The notes: generated from the sequence alone by a model not told the origin. Counted from the first letter of the stretch, positions 9,580 to 18,630 are shown. The stretch: 32,000 nucleotides of DNA from Thermodesulfobacterium commune DSM 2178 (GCF_000734015.1 NZ_CP008796.1:1080001-1112000), one strand, 5' to 3'. Made by a program: numbers and translations.

Positions 9580-10195
9580 AAAAATCTTAACCCTCTTAGG
9601 GTGCCTTATTCTAATTTTCTCAAAAAATAATGTTTTATGTCTTCCTACTCAAGACTTAAAATTAAAGGATATAGAAAGAAGATTAACAGACATAGAACAA
9701 ACTAAAAAAGAGATTTTGAGAGAATATCTAAAACTCTTTATCAGAAACCATCATATTTCTTATTTAAAGGATGAATATCCTTTAAACAGGTTTTTAGAAA
9801 AAACCTTACTCAAAAAAATAATCCAACTAAACCAAGAAAGGTTAAGATTAGAAACTAAAAAAGCAGAGCTTATCAACATGTATTTGTTTAACAAAAAAAT
9901 TATTTCCCAGGTTATAAATCCTGTTTCTGGAGAGGCTATTAACCCAGGAGAGTATAGTTTTAAACTAACCCCTCCTGTTTTTATTAGAGCTCCCATTTCT
10001 GGAATGATAACCAACATAAAATACTTGTCAGAAGGGATTATGGTTAAGGTAGAAAATGAAAAATGCAGTGTGTCTATGTTTCCCTTAAGTAGCATAAGGA
10101 TAGACTTGGGAGAAAAGGTAGTGATGAAAGAAATCCTCGGAGAGGTCAAAAATAACAACTTTCTTAGGGCAAAGATAAAATGTAGTTCTGAATAA
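9569..10195 (+). CDS. Secreted coiled-coil protein with a histidine-free LytM/M23-like C-terminal domain (EnvC-like)
   Basis: Signal peptide MKYRKILTLLGCLILIF; central K/E/L-rich coiled-coil; C-terminus APISGMITNI...GIMVKVENEKCSVSMFPLSSIRIDLGEKVVMKEILGEV follows the M23 fold pattern but has no His residues; overlaps ftsX by 11 nt. Confidence 0.4.
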   Translation: MKYRKILTLLGCLILIFSKNNVLCLPTQDLKLKDIERRLTDIEQTKKEILREYLKLFIRNHHISYLKDEYPLNRFLEKTLLKKIIQLNQERLRLETKKAELINMYLFNKKIISQVINPVSGEAINPGEYSFKLTPPVFIRAPISGMITNIKYLSEGIMVKVENEKCSVSMFPLSSIRIDLGEKVVMKEILGEVKNNNFLRAKIKCSSE

Positions 10196-10262
10196 TGTTT
10201 GGTTTTCTTAAAATCTTTGATATAATTAAAGATCAGAAAAATCTAAAGGGAGGGTAGTGTTA

Positions 10263-10511
10263 ATGCCTATCTATGAGTTCAAGTGTGAAGACTGTAAAAC
10301 TGAGTTTGAAGTTTTTTTGAAAAACAAAGAGGAGTTAGGGTCAGTTGAGTGTAAAAACTGCAAAAGCAAAAACGTTAAAAGACTGATGAGTGTGGTAAAC
10401 TCTATCGTTAGTGGTTCAGTGGGATCTTCAGACAAACCAAGGATCACAGAATCTCATTCCTGTCCGTCAGGAACTTGCACCCATATAGAACTACCAGGGT
10501 ATGGAGATTAG
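10263..10511 (+). CDS. FmdB-family zinc-ribbon protein (CxxC...CxxC)
   Basis: MPIYEFKCEDCKTEFEV...CKNCKS is the FmdB/CxxC_CxxC_SSSS signature; SD GGGAGGG is 8 nt before ATG 10263 (tracked GTG 10257 is too close to the SD). Confidence 0.7.
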   Translation: MPIYEFKCEDCKTEFEVFLKNKEELGSVECKNCKSKNVKRLMSVVNSIVSGSVGSSDKPRITESHSCPSGTCTHIELPGYGD

Positions 10512-11131
10512 TCTTCGGAGTTTAAGTTAGCCTGTTCCTTTTCTAAAAGTTCTAAACCTTCTTTTACCTTTTCTGCAAGTTCTCCAGCTCCCATTCCTTT
10601 GTATATTTTATAAGCTAAGGAATAAGCCTCTTTAGCTGCCTCAAAGTTATTCTGGAGTCTATACACATCCCCTATCCCTACCAAGGAACGAGCTGCTCGA
10701 TGGGCATCTCTATATTTTTCTCCTATCTCTAAGTTTCTGTAAAGATAAGGAAGCATTTTATCGTATTCTTTTTTAGTACGATAAATATGGATAATCTTTT
10801 CTAGTATAACTGCCACACTAAATTCATCTTCTCCGGTTTCACATACATCTAAGCAGGCTTTATAACATCTTAGAGCTTTTTCTATATTTCCTCTCATATG
10901 GTATACATCTCCTAAAAAGTCTAAGATGTTAGCCATTTCTTTATAAGCCTGATGTTGTTGAAAAAACTCTAAGGCCCTTTCCATAAGTTCTATAGTATCA
11001 AGAACTCTACCTTCAATCCAACACTTATGGGCTTCTATACAAAGTTCATATCCTGGTTTCAACTCCTCTGAAACCCCCATTTGTTTAAAATAAAGCTCTT
11101 TTCTTTTCTCAATAAAGTTCTTATTTTCCAT
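10508..11131 (-). CDS. TPR-like repeat protein, unknown function
   Basis: Repeated A/Y/L-patterned helical pairs (LGDVYHMRGNIEKALRCYKACL, IGDVYRLQNNFEAAKEAYSLAYKIY); last gene of a coupled 3-gene unit. Confidence 0.55.
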   Translation of the reverse strand: MENKNFIEKRKELYFKQMGVSEELKPGYELCIEAHKCWIEGRVLDTIELMERALEFFQQHQAYKEMANILDFLGDVYHMRGNIEKALRCYKACLDVCETGEDEFSVAVILEKIIHIYRTKKEYDKMLPYLYRNLEIGEKYRDAHRAARSLVGIGDVYRLQNNFEAAKEAYSLAYKIYKGMGAGELAEKVKEGLELLEKEQANLNSED

Positions 11132-11132
11132 G

Positions 11133-12203
11133 TTAACCCCTTTGTATTTGTTGTATAATGTCCTTTAATTTAACCTTCTCGTATGAAAAGGTTTCGTGAT
11201 TAAAAACCTCAGCCTCTTCCTCAGGATTTATTTTATCTAAATAAGGAGATATCTCCTTAGCCCCAAGATTAATAAACGTCTTTAAAATCAAGGCTTTTAT
11301 TTCAGAAGAAGAACGTTCTATCAGGTCTAAAAGCAAGAAATAGCTATGTTTTTTTAAAACTTCGGGATTTTTTTCGGAAATCCGGTAAAGCGCATAAAGG
11401 ACATAGCCGTGATATTCAGGAAACTTTAAAAAAGCTAACAGATTTTTTATAAAAATAGCATATCTATCTCCTGTCTCTCTTATGATCTCTCCTACTGCTT
11501 CAAGAGCCCCCCAGGCAGAAGACGCAGAATCAGCGGCAGCATAAAGAAGCCTTTTTATAAAGTCTAACAGTCTTTCTGGATAGACCTTAGCTAAGGCAGG
11601 AGATACTTTACCCAAAGCAACTACCGCTTTTCTACGAAAAACAGGGTCTGGATGGTAGAAAAACTTCTGAAGTACGTTGAGGTTTAAAGGTTCTGAAACT
11701 ATATAGATATTGAGAGTGTTGAAATCTTCCTTTTCGATTAACTCTTCTAATTCCCTTTTAGAAAGCTTTCTCCTAGGTTTGTTAAAGTCCTTTTCGGAGA
11801 GAGGTTCTTTTTGCAAAGCTTGACTTAGTTTTACGTGTTTTAATTCTCTAATGTCATCTGCTACTTTCAAAAAACAAAGCGCTCCTTTAGAGACTATCCT
11901 TGAAGTAGCTGGCATAGGAAGGATGGTATGGGTTTTTAAATCATAATTTTCAATCCAAACTTCTTTATAGTCTTCTTCAGGGATTAATTCCCACATCAAA
12001 TCCCAATCACCTGCAGTAGCAAGAAAAAGAGCCTCTATAAAGGCATTTCCTCGATTATGTCCGGTCACATCGCATACGTAAACACTCCCACATTCGCACA
12101 CACCAGCCTCTAAGTCAGAAAGACCTATAGGTAGAAGCTCTGGTTTTTTGATAAACCTACCACAAAAGGGACAGGTAGGAGGTTTAGGAACGGGCTTTTT
12201 CAT
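11133..12203 (-). CDS. Hypothetical protein: N-terminal Cys4 zinc-ribbon plus C-terminal HEAT/ARM-like helical repeats
   Basis: CPFCGRF...CECGSVYVCD at the N-terminus. The C-terminal 200 aa have repeat-like helices (PDPVFRRKAVVALGKV..., AWGALEAVGEII...). I do not recognise a characterised family. Confidence 0.5.
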   Translation of the reverse strand: MKKPVPKPPTCPFCGRFIKKPELLPIGLSDLEAGVCECGSVYVCDVTGHNRGNAFIEALFLATAGDWDLMWELIPEEDYKEVWIENYDLKTHTILPMPATSRIVSKGALCFLKVADDIRELKHVKLSQALQKEPLSEKDFNKPRRKLSKRELEELIEKEDFNTLNIYIVSEPLNLNVLQKFFYHPDPVFRRKAVVALGKVSPALAKVYPERLLDFIKRLLYAAADSASSAWGALEAVGEIIRETGDRYAIFIKNLLAFLKFPEYHGYVLYALYRISEKNPEVLKKHSYFLLLDLIERSSSEIKALILKTFINLGAKEISPYLDKINPEEEAEVFNHETFSYEKVKLKDIIQQIQRG

Positions 12204-12798
12204 TTAAAAGCTCCTCAAATTCTGGACTTACTGGATAACCTAAGCTTTTAGCTTGTGCTAAATTTTCTTTGGCCTTATCTATATCTCCCTGATAGTAATA
12301 AGCCACGGCTAAATTATTGTAAAGAGTAGCCATTTTAGGAGCCATGGATTTTGCTTTTTCTAGCATAGTAATGGCTTCTACAAACAATTCTTTTTCTATC
12401 AAAATGGTAGAAAGGTTTATCATAGCAGGGATAAAATCAGGATTTATCTCTAAGGCTTTCCTATAACATCTTTCTGCCTCATCCAGGTTACCTAACTGAA
12501 ACTCTATCAACCCTAAGTTTACCCAGGCCTCTACAGATTTGGGATAAAAGTTAAGGGTAAAGGTAAAGGCCTTTTTAGCCTCCTCAAGTTCCCCTTCTTG
12601 AGCTAATATGATGCCAAGGTTAACCATAGCCTCAAAATGGTAGGGATCAAGTTTTAAAACCTTTTTAAACGCCTCTTTAGCCTCTTGTAATTTTCCTAAA
12701 TTAAAGTAAGCTATAGCTAACTTATGTTGTGCAAAAGGGGAATGAGGGTTTTCTATGGCTTCTTTTTCTAAAATTTTTAAAGCTTTTTCGTCTATCAT
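12184..12798 (-). CDS. TPR repeat protein (about 5 canonical 34-aa repeats)
   Basis: Repeated motifs AIAYFNLGKLQEAKEAFKKVLKLDP, WVNLGLIEFQLGNLDEAERCYRKALEINP, YNNLAVAYYYQGDIDKAKENL. Confidence 0.7.
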   Translation of the reverse strand: MIDEKALKILEKEAIENPHSPFAQHKLAIAYFNLGKLQEAKEAFKKVLKLDPYHFEAMVNLGIILAQEGELEEAKKAFTFTLNFYPKSVEAWVNLGLIEFQLGNLDEAERCYRKALEINPDFIPAMINLSTILIEKELFVEAITMLEKAKSMAPKMATLYNNLAVAYYYQGDIDKAKENLAQAKSLGYPVSPEFEELLNEKARS

Positions 12799-12839
12799 CT
12801 TTTCCTCCTTTTAAAACTTTTTAAAGGATACCATCAATT

Positions 12840-13952
12840 ATGAAGTTCTCAAGACGTAAAAATAAGAAATGGATGTTAACCTTTGGGTTGGTAATTTTTT
12901 GTGTTTTGATCTTAGGTTTCTTGGGTTACTATTTTGAAGGGTTAGAACCTGTAGTAAAAGGCCCTACCAAAGAATTTAAGGTAGTAGAAATCAAAAAAGG
13001 TGAAAGTGCCTGGGCTATAGCTCAAAAGCTTAAAAACCACGGGATTATCAAGAGTTCTGTAGTATTTTATTTAGAAGCCTTAAGAAAAGGCTATTATCAT
13101 AAACTAAAACCTGGAGAATATGGCTTTTACCTTAACCAATCTCTGTCAGAAATTCTTACCATGTTAGTAGAAGGAAAAGTTTTAGCCAAAAAGATAACCA
13201 TACCAGAGGGGTACACTCTTTGGCAAATCGCTGATTTGCTCGAAAAGAATGAAATCTGCCGCAAAGAGGATTTTCTAAAGTTGGCTGAAAGCCCTCAAAC
13301 AGCTAAACAATATGGATTACCTGGTCCTACCTTAGAAGGATATCTTTTCCCCGATACTTATTATTTTTACCGAAACTCTCATCCAGGACAGGTAGTAAAA
13401 ACCATGGTAGATAACTTTTGGAAACACTGGAAAAAATATGAAGAGGTAGCTAAAAAACAAAAAAAATCCTTAAAGGAGGTAATTACTTTAGCCTCTATCG
13501 TAGAAAAAGAGGCTTATCTAAACTCAGAAAAACCAGTAATTGCTGCAGTTTATTTAAACAGAATAAAGAAAAAAATGCCTCTCCAAGCTGACCCTACCAT
13601 CAACTATGCCTTAAAATCTTTTAGACGTTTAACTTACAAAGATTATTATCAAGTAAAAAGTCCTTATAACACCTACTTAAATCCTGGCCTACCCCCTACC
13701 CCCATAGGAAATCCTGGAGAAGCAAGCATAAAAGCAGTACTTTTTCCGGCTAAGGTGCCTTATCTTTATTTTGTAGCTGCAGGTAACGGTTCTCACGTGT
13801 TTTCTGTAACTTATAAAGAACATTTAGAAGCTATTAACAAAATAAGAGAAACCCCTAAAAACTCTGTTTCTAACCAGACTTCAGAAAATTTAGTTTATAA
13901 AACTCCTTCTGATAAACCTTCTACTGAACCCAAATCTGATACAAAGTTATAA
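12840..13952 (+). CDS. mltG: Endolytic murein transglycosylase MltG (YceG family)
   Basis: N-terminal TM anchor; ASIVEKEA, LQADPTINYAL, YNTYLNPGLPPTPIGNPG are YceG signatures. Confidence 0.85.
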   Translation: MKFSRRKNKKWMLTFGLVIFCVLILGFLGYYFEGLEPVVKGPTKEFKVVEIKKGESAWAIAQKLKNHGIIKSSVVFYLEALRKGYYHKLKPGEYGFYLNQSLSEILTMLVEGKVLAKKITIPEGYTLWQIADLLEKNEICRKEDFLKLAESPQTAKQYGLPGPTLEGYLFPDTYYFYRNSHPGQVVKTMVDNFWKHWKKYEEVAKKQKKSLKEVITLASIVEKEAYLNSEKPVIAAVYLNRIKKKMPLQADPTINYALKSFRRLTYKDYYQVKSPYNTYLNPGLPPTPIGNPGEASIKAVLFPAKVPYLYFVAAGNGSHVFSVTYKEHLEAINKIRETPKNSVSNQTSENLVYKTPSDKPSTEPKSDTKL

Positions 13953-14649
13953 AATCCAAAAGATTAAGTTCTTCTACCCTTTTTTGAGGTAAAATAGAGG
14001 CTTTTTCTAAAATTTCAGGTGGCACTTTATGTTTTAACATCTTTCTTTTTTGGCTAAAAATTTGCACTAAAAAACTTTTATATCTTTTCAAATCTTTTAT
14101 TTCATCAAAGTTTTTCCGGGTAAACTTAAGATAGGCTGAATTCACCTTAGGAGGGGGGACAAAAAACCTTGGGGGGATACTCATTAGGTATTCAAGCTGA
14201 TAAAAGGTATTTACAAAAACAGAAAGCCAGGATTTTTGCTGGATAAGTCTTTCAGCTACCTCTTTTTGAACCATATAAAAAGCCTGGTATATAAGATGTT
14301 TATGGTATATCGTGTTTTCTATGATAAGGCTGGCAACGTTATAAGGGAGGTTACCTATAAGTTTGAGTTCTTTTTCATTTAAGGTGTTAAAATCAAAGGT
14401 AGTAGCGTCGGTCTGAAAGATCACCACCCGAGGGTCGTTTAGACTAACTTTAAGTTTCTCTACCATTTCTGGGTCTATTTCTAGAAGATAAAGGCGCTTT
14501 AGAGGGGTATTAAGCAGTCTTTTGGTAAGGTTTCCTGTCCCTGGACCTATCTCTACTACCACCTCTTCTTTTATCTCAGCTAGTTCAACCAGTCGATCTA
14601 ATACACCTGATGAAACCAAAAGATGTTGCCCCCATTTTTTCTTTAGCAT
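13921..14649 (-). CDS. rsmA: 16S rRNA (adenine1518/1519-N6)-dimethyltransferase
   Basis: KKKWGQHLL, SAM motif VVEIGPGTGNLT, catalytic GNLPYNV. Confidence 0.85.
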   Translation of the reverse strand: MLKKKWGQHLLVSSGVLDRLVELAEIKEEVVVEIGPGTGNLTKRLLNTPLKRLYLLEIDPEMVEKLKVSLNDPRVVIFQTDATTFDFNTLNEKELKLIGNLPYNVASLIIENTIYHKHLIYQAFYMVQKEVAERLIQQKSWLSVFVNTFYQLEYLMSIPPRFFVPPPKVNSAYLKFTRKNFDEIKDLKRYKSFLVQIFSQKRKMLKHKVPPEILEKASILPQKRVEELNLLDFITLYQIWVQ

Positions 14650-14775
14650 GTTTCAAAGTTTAAATTCTTTCTGTTTTTTTTCCAGAGGATGAAAAAAACA
14701 GGCTTATTGTAAAACCTGAAATTTTTGGTAGATTTAGAAAAACTTTTTTAATTTTTTAGGAAGGAGATCAAAATC

Positions 14776-16017
14776 ATGCCTGATTGTCTTCCATTTTATG
14801 GGTGGAGATATAATCCTGAAAAAGTAAAAATCGAAGAAGTGGTTGCCCCTCCTTACGATGTGGTTGGCGAGGAAGAAAAAGCTTTTTATCAGAAAAAAAG
14901 TCCTTATAACATCTTTCATCTGGAGCTTCCTGAAACCTACCAAAAAGCCAAACACCTTTTGGAAGAGTGGATAAGGTCACAAATCCTTGTAAAAGAACCT
15001 AAACCTTGTCTCTATTTTTATGAACTATCCTTTATGAGAGAACAGAAAACCCTTTCCCGAAAAGGTTGGATTCTATTGGTAAAGCTACATCACTTTGAGG
15101 AAGGGATAGTTTTACCCCATGAGAAGGTTTTTCCAAAGGTAACAGATGATCGGTTTGAATTGCTTAAGACTACCGGGTTTCAGTTTAGTCAGATTTTTGG
15201 GTTGTATGAAGACCCGGACCTTCTTACCATTTCTTATAGTCCCAAAAATCTACTTTATGAAGTAACCCTTGACCAACAAACCCATCACCTTTATCAAGTT
15301 TCTGAGGTGGACATAATAAAAGAAGTGACTGACTATCTTAAACATCAAAAAATATACATAGCAGATGGACACCACAGATACACTACTGCCTTGAGATATA
15401 AAGAATACATGGAAAATAAGTTAGGCACAACCCCACCAAGGGATTATCATTACATAGCCATGTATGTTTGCCCTATAGAAGAGCCAAACCTACTTATGCT
15501 TCCTACTCATAGAATCTATCGTTTACCAAACCCTGAAGATTTAATTCAAGCCTTAAAAAATTGGGCAGAAAAAGTTTACACCACAGAGCCTATTAATTTT
15601 TCTCAGAATTTTTTTAAAATAAAAGAAAGGGATTTTGGTATTTGCTTTAAAAATAAAGTGATGATTTTCAGGATAAAACAAGAAGTGTATGAGCGTTTCC
15701 AACAGAAAGATCCGGTGCTTTCAAAACTAACCCTTTACAACTTTTTGTCCCTGATGGAACAAGCTTTTCAGATAAAAGAAGAAAGCTTAAAGGAACAAAA
15801 TCAGGTTGAATTTATCTCTGAGGTAAGAGAGGTTTTTAACCACGTCAAAGATCAAGAAATCGGAGTAATTTTCCCTGAGCTTTCTCCCTTAATCTTAAAA
15901 GAGGTTGCATTGCAAGGGAAAAGAATGCCTCATAAAAGCACGTTTTTTTATCCTAAAATCCTTACAGGGTTGGTTTTAAATGAAGTAAGAGGAAAACCTC
16001 TGGACTTTAAGTTATGA
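14776..16017 (+). CDS. DUF1015 family protein
   Basis: PFYGWRYNPEKV...VVAPPYDVVGEEE...SPYNIFHLELP and IADGHHRY match the DUF1015 (COG4198) pattern. Confidence 0.75.
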   Translation: MPDCLPFYGWRYNPEKVKIEEVVAPPYDVVGEEEKAFYQKKSPYNIFHLELPETYQKAKHLLEEWIRSQILVKEPKPCLYFYELSFMREQKTLSRKGWILLVKLHHFEEGIVLPHEKVFPKVTDDRFELLKTTGFQFSQIFGLYEDPDLLTISYSPKNLLYEVTLDQQTHHLYQVSEVDIIKEVTDYLKHQKIYIADGHHRYTTALRYKEYMENKLGTTPPRDYHYIAMYVCPIEEPNLLMLPTHRIYRLPNPEDLIQALKNWAEKVYTTEPINFSQNFFKIKERDFGICFKNKVMIFRIKQEVYERFQQKDPVLSKLTLYNFLSLMEQAFQIKEESLKEQNQVEFISEVREVFNHVKDQEIGVIFPELSPLILKEVALQGKRMPHKSTFFYPKILTGLVLNEVRGKPLDFKL

Positions 16018-16532
16018 AGGAGAGTTTAGCCTATTTTAACCACTGGCTTTCCTTTTACTACGAAAAAAAGGATTTATTTTTAAAAGACCCTTTTATTCAG
16101 GAAAAACTCGAATTATTAAAAAAAGCCATAGAAAAGAGTCGTCAGGCATTTATAGAAAAAGGGTCTTTTGCTTTTTGCAGTGCTTGTGCAAACTCAGGAG
16201 AGAAGTGTTGTAAAGCTGGGTTAGAATGGAAACTAAGTCCTGCTGAGTTTTTGATAAATCTTCTGCTTGCAGAAACCTATAGTTTACCCCTTGCTTTTAA
16301 TACTTCTCGAAAGGAAGACTGTCTCTTCTTAGGAGAAAAAGGGTGTAGCCTTATCCTTACCCCTATTTTTTGTAGAAACTTCTTCTGTGATAAACTGGTC
16401 AAACACTTAGGTCATGCTAACCTAACCTACATCCAGCAAGCGATGGAAGAGGAGGCTACCTTAGGTTTTATTGTAGCTAACTATATAACCACTAAATTGT
16501 TACAAAAGGAGGGAACTAAACATGGAGCTTAA
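16014..16532 (+). CDS. Cysteine-cluster protein (YkgJ/CxxC...CC-like putative Fe-S or Zn protein)
   Basis: FCSACANSGEKCCKAG and CLFLGEKGCSL...FCRNFFCD cysteine clusters; ATGA overlap with the DUF1015 gene. Confidence 0.45.
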   Translation: MKESLAYFNHWLSFYYEKKDLFLKDPFIQEKLELLKKAIEKSRQAFIEKGSFAFCSACANSGEKCCKAGLEWKLSPAEFLINLLLAETYSLPLAFNTSRKEDCLFLGEKGCSLILTPIFCRNFFCDKLVKHLGHANLTYIQQAMEEEATLGFIVANYITTKLLQKEGTKHGA

Positions 16533-17268
16533 GGGAAAGGTAGCTTTAGTAACAGGAGCCTCAAGAGGGATAGGTAGGGCGATAGCCTATCAACTTGCAA
16601 AGGATGGAGCGGAGGTAGTTATCAATTATAAAGGAGCCGAAGAAAAGGCTAAAGAGTTGGCTACCGAAATAGAAAAGCTTGGGACCAAGGCCTATCTTTC
16701 TAAGTTTGACGTAGCCAACCCTGAGGAAGTTCAAAAAGCTATAAAAGAATTAGAAGAAGCTGTCGGACCTATTCAAATCTTAGTAAACAACGCAGGGATC
16801 ACCAGAGATGCTTTGTTTTTAAGGATGAAAGAAGAGGACTGGGATTTGGTTATTAAAACCAACCTATATTCGGTTTTTTATGTGACTAAGGCAGTACTTC
16901 CGATGATGACCAAAGCTAAATGGGGAAGAATAATTAACATCTCTTCGGTAGTAGCCTTTAGCGGAAATGCTGGGCAAACCAACTATGCAGCAGCTAAGGC
17001 TGGGATCATAGGTTTTACTAAAGCTTTAGCTTTAGAGGTTGCTTCGCGAAACATAACGGTTAATGCCGTGGCTCCAGGCTATATAGAAACTGACATGACG
17101 AAACAGTTACCTGAAAAGGTTAGAGAAGCTTTTTTGCAAGAAATCCCTTTAAAAAGACCAGGAACCCCGGAAGAAGTAGCCTATCTTGTTTCTTTTTTAG
17201 CCAGCGAAAAAGCAAGTTATATCACAGGATGTGTGTTTCATGTTAACGGAGGTTTGTTGAGGGTTTAA
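16522..17268 (+). CDS. fabG: 3-oxoacyl-[ACP] reductase (SDR)
   Basis: TGASRGIGRAIA, NNAGITRD, catalytic YAAAKAG, PGYIETDMT. Confidence 0.85.
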   Translation: MELKGKVALVTGASRGIGRAIAYQLAKDGAEVVINYKGAEEKAKELATEIEKLGTKAYLSKFDVANPEEVQKAIKELEEAVGPIQILVNNAGITRDALFLRMKEEDWDLVIKTNLYSVFYVTKAVLPMMTKAKWGRIINISSVVAFSGNAGQTNYAAAKAGIIGFTKALALEVASRNITVNAVAPGYIETDMTKQLPEKVREAFLQEIPLKRPGTPEEVAYLVSFLASEKASYITGCVFHVNGGLLRV

Positions 17269-17292
17269 CCCTTTTTTTTGATTTTTTAGGCA

Positions 17293-17321
17293 TTGACTTT
17301 TTTAAATTTTAGGTATATAGA
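17293..17321 (+). promoter_or_regulatory. Putative promoter of yjbQ, possibly giving a leaderless mRNA
   Basis: TTGACT (17293-17298), a 17-nt spacer, then TATAGA (17316-17321). ATG 17329 is 8 nt after the -10 and has no SD. Confidence 0.3.
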
Positions 17322-17328
17322 AAATAAC

Positions 17329-17715
17329 ATGGAAGTTATCACGGTTAAAACTCACAAAAAGGTTGAATTGATTGACATAACTGAAGAAGTCTTAAAAAGG
17401 CTCCCTCCTAAGGATGGGATTTGTGTGCTTTATGTCCCTCACACCACAGCAGGTATTATCATTAACGAAGGGGCTGACCCAGCTGTTAAAGAAGACCTGA
17501 TCATGGCTTTCGAAAGGATAGCACCAGAAACCCTTCCTTATAAACATCTGGAAGGAAACTCACCAGGACATGTGAAATCTTCGATAACAGGACCTTCTTT
17601 AACTCTTATCGTAGAAAAAGGAAAGCCCATTTTAGGTACCTGGCAAAGGATTTTTTTTGCAGAATATGATGGACCAAGGACAAGAAAGATATTTTTAAAA
17701 TTTTTAGAGGGTTAA
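17329..17715 (+). CDS. yjbQ: YjbQ/UPF0047 family protein (secondary thiamine-phosphate synthase-like)
   Basis: ITVKTHKKVELIDIT..., HTTAGIIINEGADPAVKEDL, GHVKSSITG. ATG 17329 is preferred over the tracked TTG 17293. Confidence 0.8.
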   Translation: MEVITVKTHKKVELIDITEEVLKRLPPKDGICVLYVPHTTAGIIINEGADPAVKEDLIMAFERIAPETLPYKHLEGNSPGHVKSSITGPSLTLIVEKGKPILGTWQRIFFAEYDGPRTRKIFLKFLEG

Positions 17716-17719
17716 GTCT

Positions 17720-18607
17720 ATGAAAAAACATTTAGTCTGGTTAGGGTTAGGTGTTGTTTTTACTTTGGTTTTAGGAGGATGTAGAGCAAGTTCTCAATAT
17801 TTTGAGCAAAAAATCTCTTCTCATAAAGAAATCGCTCAGACCTTTATCCAAGAAAAACGTTATACCGAGGCTTTAAAGGAACTTGAACTAGCAGAAAAAT
17901 CAAGCCAGTGTGATATCTGTGAAATAAGAAGAATTTTACAACTTTTAGAAAACGCCACCACTCCAGGAACGATAGAAGATCTTAAAAAAGCCTTGCAAAA
18001 CGAAAGAGAAAAATGTGACCCAGAGGTTTATAATCTTTTAGGCTTAGCCTACATAGGGAAAAAAGACTACGAAAAGGCCAGACAGGCCTTTAAAGATGCT
18101 ATCAGCATTAAACCTGATTATTCAGAGGCCTATAACAATCTTGGTTCTTTGATGATTTTACAACAAAACTATCATAAAGCCATAGAATATCTGGAAAAGG
18201 CGATTCAGAATCCTTACTATACCAATGCTTACATGGCTAAAACCAATTTAGGATGGGCTTATTTTCTCTTAGACCAAAAGGAAAAAGCTAAAAGCATTTT
18301 GATCGAAGCATTTAGAGAAAACCCAAGATATCCCAAGGCTGTAATCTATCTTGGTTATGTATATCTTAACGAAAACGACCTTACCTCAGCCAAGTTCTAT
18401 TTTAAAAAGGCCTTAGAAATAGACAAATATTCCAGTGAAGCACGCTTTTATTTAGGAGAAATAGCCTTTAGAGAAGGCGACTTTAAACTTGCTAAAGAGT
18501 TATGGAATTCGATTGTTTTACTTGAACCGAATTCTGAATGGGCTAACAAAGCTTCTGAAAGGTTGTATTTATTAGAAAGAAAATATCTTGGAAAACCAAA
18601 CCCTTAG
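17720..18607 (+). CDS. TPR-repeat lipoprotein (PilW/BamD-like architecture)
   Basis: Lipobox LVLGGC after a signal peptide; multiple TPRs (YNLLGLAYIGKKDYEKARQAFKDAISIKPDY, AYNNLGSLMILQQNYHKAIEYLEKA). Confidence 0.6.
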   Translation: MKKHLVWLGLGVVFTLVLGGCRASSQYFEQKISSHKEIAQTFIQEKRYTEALKELELAEKSSQCDICEIRRILQLLENATTPGTIEDLKKALQNEREKCDPEVYNLLGLAYIGKKDYEKARQAFKDAISIKPDYSEAYNNLGSLMILQQNYHKAIEYLEKAIQNPYYTNAYMAKTNLGWAYFLLDQKEKAKSILIEAFRENPRYPKAVIYLGYVYLNENDLTSAKFYFKKALEIDKYSSEARFYLGEIAFREGDFKLAKELWNSIVLLEPNSEWANKASERLYLLERKYLGKPNP

Positions 18608-18630
18608 CCTCAAAGCTAAGTTTTGAGGCT
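18606..18630. terminator. Bidirectional terminator hairpin between the convergent TPR lipoprotein gene and leuA
   Basis: AGCCTCAAA-GCTAAGT-TTTGAGGCT, 9-bp stem and 7-nt loop, starting in the TAG stop codon. Confidence 0.55.

Noticed and set aside
14734-14980. Two minus-strand ORFs (73 and 68 aa) overlapping the DUF1015 start and the divergent promoter region
   Set aside because: They overlap the well-supported DUF1015 N-terminus (PFYGWRYNP...PPYDV) in antisense, have implausible composition, and lack an SD.
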